NCBI GenBank assembly: GCA_963808235.1
Contig: CAWEEQ010000004.1
Span: 3,584,001 to 3,648,000 of the forward strand
Source: an uncultured delta proteobacterium
GTDB lineage: Bacteria; Desulfobacterota; Binatia; Binatales; Binataceae
Length of the DNA stretch: 64,000 bases
Direction: 5' to 3'
Of this stretch, positions 19,708-27,813 are shown piece by piece; positions within the stretch are counted from its first letter, which is position 1, and the number at the start of each line of letters is the position of its first letter. The notes below the pieces were generated by a model that was not told where the DNA came from, did no database searches, and worked only from the letters and a program-made list of their open reading frames with translations. Both the position numbers and the translations under genes were made by a program.

Positions 19708-19865
19708 AAATTGCTCCTACGGCTGATCCAGTGATCCAGTGATCAGTGATTCACGGGGCGGCGATAAAGAACCAGAAAAATCATATCTTTCCGACAGATA
19801 CCGGCGCAACAACGCGGCGGGAAACCCTGCCTTTGTCGAGAATCTTGGCCTAAGCTGGGGCGGTC

Positions 19866-20622
19866 ATGAAGGGAAAATCCAAAACGAAAATTCGATCGGC
19901 GAAAATGAAGCGCGGCGGTAAAAGCCGTGGCGATGAAAACCTCAAGGCGCTGCTTTTTGATTTTGGCGGCACGCTCGCCTTCTTGGACTTCGACTTGCTG
20001 GCGCGAGAATTCTCGCGTGAAGGGCGCAAGCTCGACGCGCTTGCGCTCGAGCACGCAGAATATGCGGGACGCGCGGCGATCGACAAATGCCTGGCGGGTG
20101 CGCCGCCCGGGATGCAGGCGGACAATTCCGTCTACGAACATTTTTTCCGTGCCTGGATGACGGCGGCCGGAATCGGGGAGGCGGAGATGACCGAGTGCGC
20201 GGCGAAGTTTGGCGCGATACATCGGGAGGCGTCGCTGTGGCGGGTGGTGCGGCCGGGCACCTTCGAGGCACTCGACGCATTCAAGTCGGCGGGGTACAAG
20301 CTCGCGATCGTTTCGAATGCGGAGGGACGGATCGAATCCGATGCGAAGCGATTCGGCCTCGCAAAATACTTCGATGTGATAATCGATTCGCACGTCGTCG
20401 GCGTGGCGAAGCCGGACCCGCGTATCTTTCATATCGCGCTCGAGCGGCTCGGGAGTCGCGCCTGATGAAGCGAGATTCGCCGGCGACATCTACTCGATCG
20501 ACGTGGTTGGAGCGCGCGCGGCGGGAATCGAGGCGCGGCTAATCGATCAGCATCAGCGCTACCACTGGGTCGAGCATCATAAGATTCGCCACGTCGGCGA
20601 GATGCATCAACCCCGGGCATAG
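19866..20622 (+). CDS. HAD-superfamily hydrolase (one apparent frameshift near 20452)
   Basis: FDFGGTL, SN, KPDPRIF; motif IV (GDIYSIDV) follows in the +1 frame after GGGAGTC. Confidence 0.85.
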
Positions 20623-20636
20623 AGAAGAAAAACGAA

Positions 20637-21920
20637 ATGGGCGTCATAAGAGATCAATCGGAAAAGATGTTCACCGGCGCGATCACGACGCGGCAGTTTC
20701 ATCCGCTGCTCCCGACCGGCGAGTATGAGGAGATCGCGGACGGCGTGATGTTCTACCGATGGTTCGCGAACGTGACGGCGTGCAAGACCCGCGAGGGGTT
20801 GGTGCTGATCGACACGGGCGGCTACTTCAACCAGGACGCGACGGTAAAGCTTATCCGGCAATTCTCACCCGATCGGGTGAACACGGCGATCTACACGCAT
20901 GGGCATGTCGATCACGCGTGCGGGATGCCGGCATTTGTGGCCGACGCGGGGAAGAACAAGGTGGCGCGGCCGCGCGTGGTGGGGCATCGCGCCGTCGCCG
21001 CGCGCTTCGATCGCTACAAGCGCAGCGCCGGGTACAACAACGTAGTCAATACCCGCCAGTTCAGCCGGCCCGCGTCGTGGCCGACTGAGTATGTATATCC
21101 CGATACCTACTTCGATAGTCAGTTGAATGTAGTTGCGGGCGACGATCGATTCGAATGCCATCACGCGCGCGGCGAGACCGACGACCATTGCTGGGTATTT
21201 ATTCCGAGTCGAAAGGTGCTCCTAACCGGAGACCTGATAATCTGGGCGGCGCCCAACGCGGGCAATCCGCAGAAGGCGCAACGCTATGCGCGGGAGTGGG
21301 CCGAAGCGCTCCGAGTGATGGCGCGGACGGGCGCCGAGGTGCTGATTCCGGGGCATGGCTACCCGGTGTTCGGCGCGATCAAGGTGCGCCAGGTGTTGAA
21401 CGACACCGCGAATTATCTGCAGAGCTTGTACGATCAGACGCTTGCGATGATGAATGCGGGCGCGCCGCTCGACGAGATTATTCACACCGTGCGCGCGCCG
21501 GCTGCGCTCCAGGAAAAGCCGTGGCTGCAAGCGGTTTACGATGAGCCCGAGTTTATCGTGCGCAACATCTGGCGGCTCGAGGGCGGATGGTACGACGGCG
21601 TGCCGTCGAATCTGAAACCGGCGAGCGACGCGGAGCGGGCCCGCGAAATAGCGGCGCTGGCGGGCGGAGTCGAATCGGTAGTGGCGCGGGCGATGGAAAA
21701 ACTCGGGGCGGACGAAGTAGTGCTCGCGTGTCATCTGGCGGATTGGGCGATAGCGGCGGCGCCCGACGACAAGAGTGCGCACGAAGCGCGGATGAAGATT
21801 TACGCGGCGCGGGCAGCGCGCGAAGAATCGACGATGGCGCACGGAATTTTCAGATCGGCAGTCCTCGAGTCGGCAGAGAAGGCAGGGATCGCAGCGCCGG
21901 ACGATAAGAGGAGCGCGTAA
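20637..21920 (+). CDS. Alkyl-sulfatase-like metallo-beta-lactamase-fold hydrolase
   Basis: THGHVDH, GETDDH, PNAGNPQK, PGHG, YDEPEFIVRNIWR. Confidence 0.88.
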   Translation: MGVIRDQSEKMFTGAITTRQFHPLLPTGEYEEIADGVMFYRWFANVTACKTREGLVLIDTGGYFNQDATVKLIRQFSPDRVNTAIYTHGHVDHACGMPAFVADAGKNKVARPRVVGHRAVAARFDRYKRSAGYNNVVNTRQFSRPASWPTEYVYPDTYFDSQLNVVAGDDRFECHHARGETDDHCWVFIPSRKVLLTGDLIIWAAPNAGNPQKAQRYAREWAEALRVMARTGAEVLIPGHGYPVFGAIKVRQVLNDTANYLQSLYDQTLAMMNAGAPLDEIIHTVRAPAALQEKPWLQAVYDEPEFIVRNIWRLEGGWYDGVPSNLKPASDAERAREIAALAGGVESVVARAMEKLGADEVVLACHLADWAIAAAPDDKSAHEARMKIYAARAAREESTMAHGIFRSAVLESAEKAGIAAPDDKRSA

Positions 21921-21957
21921 GCGCGAGCAGCACTGTTCCCGCGCTTCGCCTTCAAAC

Positions 21958-22063
21958 TTCGAACAGGCGCGTAGCGCCGCATCCGGTTTTTTTCTTTTTC
22001 TCCCACCCAGGGAAGGGCGAAACCCGGGTGGGTTTCGCATCCGGATCTTCTCTCTTTTTCTTC
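21958..22063 (-). repeat. Multi-hairpin repeat, subtype 2, copy D
   Basis: Minus strand reads GATCCGGATGCGAAACCC-ACCC-GGGTTTCGC..CTTCCC..GATGCGGCGC-TAC-GCGCCTGTTCGAA; close match to 26281-26390. Confidence 0.85.
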
Positions 22064-22090
22064 TACTGTAGTAGTGGTCCGACCTCGGCT

Positions 22091-22119
22091 TTGCGCGCGG
22101 GCGCGGCGCGGGTCATAAT
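22091..22119 (+). promoter_or_regulatory. Putative sigma70 promoter of mnmG
   Basis: TTGCGC-N17-CATAAT ending 15 nt before the ATG. Confidence 0.5.
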
Positions 22120-22134
22120 CGCTGATTCATCATT

Positions 22135-24022
22135 ATGAAGTACGACGTAATCGTTGTCGGCGCCGGCCATGCCGGTATCGAAGCCGCGCTCGCATCGGCG
22201 CGTATCGGCGCGAGCACCTTGATGCTCACGCTTAACCTCGACCATATCGGGCAGATGTCCTGTAATCCCGCGATCGGCGGAATCGGCAAAGGGTCATCTG
22301 GTCCGCGAGATCGACGCGCTCGGCGGAGAGATGGGCCTTGCGATCGACGAGACCGGAATACAGTTCCGCTTCCTCAACACCCGCAAGGGTCCCGCGGTCA
22401 GAGCGCGTCGCGCGCAGGCGGACAAGGCCGCGTATCGCGCGCGCAGCAAGCGGGTGCTCGAACGTATCGAGAATCTGCAGATACGACAGGCGAGCGTCGA
22501 GCGGCTCGTCGTTGAGGATGGGAAAGTTCGCGGCGTCGAATCACAAATCGGCGAGATTTTCGAGGGGCCGGCGGTTATCCTGACGACCGGAACTTTTTTG
22601 AAGGGCCTCGTCCATATCGGGCTCAAGAATTATTCGGCGGGACGAGCCGGAGACTTCGCCGCGATGGGACTGTCGGGCGCGCTCGCGGAACTGGGATTTT
22701 CGATCGGGCGGCTCAAGACCGGCACCTGCCCGCGGCTCGACTCGCGCACGATCGACTACTCGCAGTTGGAGATTCAACCCGGTGATGTTCCGCCGCCGCC
22801 GTTCTCATTCCGGACGACGAAGATCGCGCGCGAGCAAATCCCGTGTCATCTCACGTACACCAACTCGCGCACCCATGAGATTATTCGCGGCGCGATCGAT
22901 CGGTCGCCGATGTACTCGGGCGTGATTCAGAGCAAGGGCCCGCGCTACTGCCCGTCGGTCGAGGACAAGGTGATGCGCTTTCCAATCAAGGAGCGGCATC
23001 AGATTTTCCTCGAGCCCGAGGGCCGCGATACCGTCGAGGTCTATCCCAACGGACTCTCGACCAGCCTTCCGCTCGACGTGCAGCTTGCGATGGTCCGGTC
23101 GATAGCCGGGCTCGAGCAGGCCGAAATCATGCGGCCCGGCTACGCGATCGAGTACGACTTTTCCGACCCGACTCAGCTGACCCCTTCCTTAGAGACCAAG
23201 CTGGTCGGTGGACTCTTCTTCGCCGGCCAGATAAACGGGACCACCGGCTACGAAGAGGCTGCCGGCCAAGGGCTGATCGCGGGAATTAACGCGGCGCTCC
23301 ATGTCCGCGACGAGCCGGCGCTGATCCTGCGCCGCGACCAGGCTTATATCGGCGTGATGATCGACGACCTGGTGACGCGCGGAATCGGCGGAGAGCCGTA
23401 TCGGATGTTCACCTCGCGCGCCGAGTATCGCCTGCTGCTGCGAGAAGATAACGCCGACCGCCGGCTCTCGTCGATCGGCGAGCGGCTCGGACTTCTCGAC
23501 GCCTCAGCCGGCGCCCGGGTGCGCGCCAAGACCGACGCGGTGCGGATTGAGATCGAGCGGCTTAGCGTGGCGTCCATAGCCCCATCGGACGAGGTCAATG
23601 AGATCCTGGCTGGTGCCGGCGCGACTGCGATCACGCAAACAGTCCGTGCGATCGAGCTTCTCAAGCGGCCGGAGATCGATTACATAACGTTGCTCAAGAT
23701 CGAGCGGCGACTCGACTCAAGTGACCGACTGGACCCCGACGAAGCGGCCGAGCTCGAGACCGAGGTCAAATACGAAGGCTACGTGCGGCGCCAAGCCGAC
23801 GCGATCGAGCGGTTCAAGCGGATGGAAGATACCGAGATTCCGGAATGGCTGGACTTCAGCGGCGTCACAGGGCTGTCGACCGAGGTGTCGGAGCGGCTGA
23901 TGCGGGTCCGTCCACGCTCGCTCGGGCAGGCCGCGCGTATGCCAGGAATCACGCCAGCCGCAATCTCGATAATCGCGGTGCATATAAAGAGTCGGCGCGA
24001 TCGCAACGCGCGGGCGATATAG
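22135..24022 (+). CDS. mnmG: tRNA uridine-5-carboxymethylaminomethyl modification enzyme MnmG/GidA (one apparent frameshift at 22291-22294)
   Basis: [19 protein letters not shown] then [11 protein letters not shown] in the +1 frame; [27 protein letters not shown]. Confidence 0.95.
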
Positions 24023-24045
24023 GCGAAGGGCGGGGAAGGGAAATC

Positions 24046-24152
24046 ACTTTATTTAATGTGAAACCCACCGTGGGTTTCACACTTCCTTCGGCAGGGGTGA
24101 CCCCTGCACCCAGTATTAAAACAAAGATGCGGCGCGGAGCGCCTGTTTAGAA
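24046..24152 (+). repeat. Multi-hairpin repeat, subtype 1, copy A
   Basis: GTGAAACCCA-CCG-TGGGTTTCAC, GCAGGGG-TGA-CCCCTGC, GGCGC-GGA-GCGCC; near-identical to 25141-25246 (inverted) and 27422-27528. Confidence 0.9.
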
Positions 24153-24221
24153 CGGGGTGGGGAAGATCTGTTGTTTTGGCGGGTTGCGGGGTATTATTCC
24201 TCGCCCTGCGATATTCGAGCA

Positions 24222-24237
24222 CGTTTCACGTGAAACA
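24222..24237. promoter_or_regulatory. parS: parS centromere site (1 mismatch)
   Basis: CGTTTCACGTGAAACA. Confidence 0.85.
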
Positions 24238-24298
24238 TATTTGGTGAATTGTTCAATAGATTCAACGATAATTTGCTTCGCCTGACCGATTTGATCGA

Positions 24299-24314
24299 TG
24301 TTTCACGTGAAACA
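24299..24314. promoter_or_regulatory. parS: parS centromere site (perfect)
   Basis: TGTTTCACGTGAAACA. Confidence 0.95.
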
Positions 24315-24365
24315 TCAAAGGCGCCACCCGTGGGGCTTCCTTAGTTCGACTGACCGATTTGGACC

Positions 24366-25115
24366 ATGTTTCACGTGAAACATATTAAGAAAAAACCTAA
24401 GAAAAAAGCGCTAAATCCCGAGCAGATCGCTGAATTGGTGCGAGCGCAGCTCGCGCCGACGCTGTCCGCGATTGGTGGAGGGGTAATCTCCAAAAACTCG
24501 GACTTTCTGGACCGGATCGAACGGCTCGCGGCTACGCTCGCCCTCTGGGGCACCAAGGTCAATCTCACCGCGCATCCGCGCGACCCTGACGAGATTGTCT
24601 TCCACGTCTTCGACAGCATCATCCCGGTCTCACTTGCTGTGAGTTCGAAAATTCTGCGGCTCGGAGCGCATCCGGATCGCGAGCGGCGATTCCTCGATAT
24701 CGGTAGCGGTGCCGGCTTTCCCGGCCTCGTGATTGCCGCTGCAATCAACGCACAAGTCACCTTGGTCGAGTCGCGGCGCAAACGCGCCACGTTCCTCAAC
24801 GAAGCGATAATCGAGATGGGACTGCGCAACGCTCACGTCGAGTCGGTGCGCGCCGAAACGCTCGACCTCCGTATCGGCTTCGACCTGATCACCGCCCGCG
24901 CCGTCGGCGTCCCGATAGAGATGTTCAAACTGGCCGGCAAAGGACTTCATCCGGGGGGCGTGCTGATGCTCTACGTAAGCGCCGCACAGAAGTTCGACGA
25001 CGTTGCCGATGCGGCACGCGCAGCCGGCCTCGGCGAAGTGACGGTCGCAGGGTACGATCTGCGCCACGGCAAGCAAGTGATGAATCGAGCGGTGGCGACC
25101 TGGGTGCGCAGGTAG
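24366..25115 (+). CDS. rsmG: 16S rRNA m7G527 methyltransferase RsmG/GidB
   Basis: NLTA, HVFDS, LDIGSGAGFPG, VESRRKRATFL, TARAV; lies between mnmG and parA. Confidence 0.93.
   Translation: MFHVKHIKKKPKKKALNPEQIAELVRAQLAPTLSAIGGGVISKNSDFLDRIERLAATLALWGTKVNLTAHPRDPDEIVFHVFDSIIPVSLAVSSKILRLGAHPDRERRFLDIGSGAGFPGLVIAAAINAQVTLVESRRKRATFLNEAIIEMGLRNAHVESVRAETLDLRIGFDLITARAVGVPIEMFKLAGKGLHPGGVLMLYVSAAQKFDDVADAARAAGLGEVTVAGYDLRHGKQVMNRAVATWVRR
24367..24382. promoter_or_regulatory. parS: parS centromere site (perfect) overlapping the rsmG start
   Basis: TGTTTCACGTGAAACA; encodes MFHVKH. Confidence 0.95.
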
Positions 25116-25140
25116 AGAGCCAGGTTCTGCCCTTCAAAAT

Positions 25141-25246
25141 TTCTAACAGGCGCGTAGCGCCGCATCTTTGTTTTAATACTGGGTGCAGGGGTCACCCCTG
25201 CCGAAGGAAGCGTGAAACCCACCGCGGGTTTCACATTCAATGAAGT
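25141..25246 (-). repeat. Multi-hairpin repeat, subtype 1, copy B (inverted relative to A)
   Basis: Reverse complement matches copy A with only a few substitutions. Confidence 0.9.
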
Positions 25247-25298
25247 TGGCTGCTTCCAATGGCCTGAGCCTTTTTCCTTGCCTGACCGATTTGGTCGA

Positions 25299-25314
25299 TG
25301 TTTCACGTGAAACA
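25299..25314. promoter_or_regulatory. parS: parS centromere site (perfect)
   Basis: TGTTTCACGTGAAACA upstream of parA. Confidence 0.95.
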
Positions 25315-25469
25315 TTCGGATCGTAAAATCCTTTAGATTCAAGGGTTTGTGCAAATGTGATCGTGCAAATTTGATTTTGTGCGAGCGCGGGCATTTAATA
25401 GCGATGACCGCTATGCGCGATTTTTTTTGGTCCGTGGCCACATGGACTTCGCGCGAGGGGACGGGTTTT

Positions 25470-26270
25470 GTGGGGCAGGTCGTGGCGCGGGTTATTGCGA
25501 TAGCCAATCAGAAGGGCGGCGTCGGCAAGACTACGACGGCGATTAATCTCGCCGTTGCGATTGCTGATTCGGGTTGTCGGGTGCTGCTGGTCGATCTTGA
25601 TCCGCAGGGCAATGCTACTTCCGGAATAATTTCGCGCGAGATTGCAACCGAGCTTCGTCGAACGAATCGGACGATTTACCAGGCGCTGGTTGGCGGTGTG
25701 CCTCTGGCGGAGATCGTTTTGCAGGCGCGGCCGAATCTGATGCTGGCGGCGGCGGGCGATGATCTGGTTGGGGCCGAGATCGAGCTGGTGACGATGGAAG
25801 GACGCGAGCGACGCTTACGAGCGCTCCTGGAGCCATCGTACCAAGAATATAACTATGTTCTAATCGACACGCCACCCTCACTTGGGATTCTCACACTCAA
25901 CGCGCTGGTCGCGGCGGACTCGGTGCTGGTGCCGATGCAATGCGAGTACTACGCGCTCGAGGGTCTGCGCTCACTGCTCGGGACGATCAACAAGGTCAAA
26001 CAGGCGCTGCGGCCGACGCTCGAACTCGAAGGGCTGGTGCTCACGATGTTCGACTCGCGAAATCGTCTCAGCCACGAAATCTCGGACGAGGTAAGAAAGC
26101 ATTTTCCGGAAAAAGTTTTTCGCAGCGTGATACCGCGCAGCGTGCGGCTGTCGGAAAGTCCGAGTCATGGATTGTCGGTGCTGGAATACGAATCGAAATC
26201 GGCGGGTGCGGAGGGATATCGCGCGCTGGCGGCGGAGATAATCGAGCGGCGTGGGGCGGCGCAGGGATGA
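25470..26270 (+). CDS. parA: Chromosome partitioning ATPase ParA/Soj (start 25470 or 25482)
   Basis: NQKGGVGKTTT, DLDPQGNAT, DTPPSLG, QCEYYALEG, RLSESPSHG. Confidence 0.96.
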   Translation: MGQVVARVIAIANQKGGVGKTTTAINLAVAIADSGCRVLLVDLDPQGNATSGIISREIATELRRTNRTIYQALVGGVPLAEIVLQARPNLMLAAAGDDLVGAEIELVTMEGRERRLRALLEPSYQEYNYVLIDTPPSLGILTLNALVAADSVLVPMQCEYYALEGLRSLLGTINKVKQALRPTLELEGLVLTMFDSRNRLSHEISDEVRKHFPEKVFRSVIPRSVRLSESPSHGLSVLEYESKSAGAEGYRALAAEIIERRGAAQG

Positions 26271-26280
26271 CGGCGCAGAG

Positions 26281-26390
26281 GAAAAAATCAGGAAGAGAAG
26301 ATCCGGATGCGAAACCCACCCGGGTTTCGCGCTTCCCTAGGTGGGAGAAGAAGAAAAGATCAGGATGCGGTCCTACGGACCTGTTAGGAA
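26281..26390 (+). repeat. Multi-hairpin repeat, subtype 2, copy E
   Basis: GCGAAACCC-ACCC-GGGTTTCGC ... GATGCGGTCC-TAC-GGACCTGTTAGGAA. Confidence 0.85.
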
Positions 26391-26466
26391 GGTGGGGGCA
26401 GCCAGTGCGCCGCCCGAGAGGCTCGATATTCATTTGAGAAACGTATCGATTGAGGACAAGACGATC

Positions 26467-27385
26467 ATGAGAAAGACATTGGGACGCGGGCTTGATGCGC
26501 TGATCGGCGAGGCAGGTGGAGTTGGGAATGGTGACGGGGCGGGCGGGGCGCATCTTACTACCGCGCCTGTCGGAAGTATCACGCCGGGGCCGTTTCAGCC
26601 GCGAATACATTTTGATGAAGAGCGGCTCGAAGAACTCAAACGCGCGATCCAGAGCCAGGGAATTATCGAGCCGCTGATCGTGCGGCTGCTCGGCGCCGCG
26701 GACGGAGTCGATGGGCCGCGTTACGAGCTGATCGCGGGCGAGCGGCGGTTCCGTGCGGCGCGTGCGGCGGGTCTGGAAGTGGTTCCGGTCGTGGTGCGCG
26801 AGTTGGACGATCGCGCGGCTCTGGAGATGTCGCTGGTCGAGAATATCGCGCGCGAAGATTTAAGTCCGGTCGAGGAAGCGTTCGCATTCGCGCGCCTGGT
26901 AAAGCATTTCGCGCTCTCCCATGACGAGATTGCGTTGCGGGTCGGCAAGAGCCGGCCCTACGTCAGTAACGCGATCCGATTGCTCTCGCTGGCGCCCAGG
27001 TGATCGAGATGCTCGCGTGCGGACGACTGACGGCGGGACAGGCGCGGCCGTTGCTCTCGATTGGCGATGTCAGTGCGCAGGTGTCGGCGGCGAGTCGAGT
27101 CGCGGCGATGGGAATATCCGCGCGCGAGGCCGAGGAGATGACGAGTGGTGCATCGGCCACCCGCGAGTTCAGGTCGAAATCGGGCGGGCGATCGGTAGCG
27201 CTGAGCGACCAAATGTCAATGCTCTGGCGGAAGGATTGCAGCGGGTGCTCAAGCGCAAGGTCAGGATTTTCAAGCGGCGCGGGCGAAGTCCGGGGCGAAT
27301 CGAGATTGAATACTACGATGAGAACGATTTGACGGCGGTCGCGGAGATGTTGCTTGGCAATTCGCGGGCGTCGATGCGGGCGTAG
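26467..27385 (+). CDS. parB: Chromosome partitioning protein ParB/Spo0J (two apparent frameshifts near 26997 and 27210)
   Basis: LGRGLDALI, QPR, IAGERRFRA, ENIAREDL, HTH KSRPYVSNAIRLL, C-terminal GRIEIEYY. Confidence 0.93.
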
Positions 27386-27421
27386 CGCGGGCGCGAGGGG
27401 AGCGTTGGAAGGAGTACGGGT

Positions 27422-27528
27422 AACTTAATTTAATGTGAAACCCGCCGTGGGTTTCACGCTTCCTTGGGCAGGGGCGACCCCTGCACCCAGTATTAAAAGA
27501 AAGATGCGGCGCTTCGCGCCTGTTAGAA
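27422..27528 (+). repeat. Multi-hairpin repeat, subtype 1, copy C
   Basis: Near-identical to copies A and B. Confidence 0.9.
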
Positions 27529-27566
27529 AGGGTGAGGGGGGAGGTTCTTGTTGGCCTATCCTTTCG

Positions 27567-27700
27567 GAGACCTTTGCATAACTGCATATTGAATTCGGAG
27601 CATTCGGCTCCGCGTGCCCTCAGTGAGGGCGAAATCGTTTTGCGCCGAGAAAGATCCGGGTTTCTTCGCTGCGCTCAGAATGACACCAAGAAAGAGCATC
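27567..27700 (-). mobile_element. Truncated second copy of the 4369-4548 MITE
   Basis: One TIR, GAGACCTTTGCATAAC; internal CCCGGATCTTTCTC..GCAAAAC..CTGAGGGCACGCGGAGC..CTCCGAATTCAA shared; no second TIR seen. Confidence 0.7.
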
Positions 27701-27813
27701 GCTTCGCGGGAAGCCCCCTTCGACTTCGCCCAGGACGACGGAGGGGGATAACGGAGGGAGAGAAAAAGAGGGTCGCTTCGCCCTTCGAGATTTCTATCTG
27801 TGCACGCCGCCTT

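Noticed and set aside
19708-19865. FMN riboswitch upstream of ribE
   Set aside because: Only a short GGCAGGGT..TTCCCG resemblance on the minus strand; the remaining conserved FMN aptamer segments are missing.
22285-22300. Programmed ribosomal frameshift in mnmG (and in parB, mutS2)
   Set aside because: No consistent slippery heptamer or stimulator; shifts go in both directions and sit in G/C runs, so sequencing error is simpler.
24299-25314. Exactly 1000-bp spacing between two perfect parS sites
   Set aside because: No mechanism; treated as coincidence.
23845-25507. ORFs sharing the peptide VKP.VGFTLPSAGVTPAPSIKTKMRR (23845-24150, 24971-25507) and the MGE..K.RMR.Y ORFs
   Set aside because: They are translations of the DNA repeat and overlap real genes; there is no coding evidence.
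21958-27528. Repeats as a CRISPR array
   Set aside because: Units are ~105 bp, separated by whole genes, in mixed orientation, and there are no cas genes.
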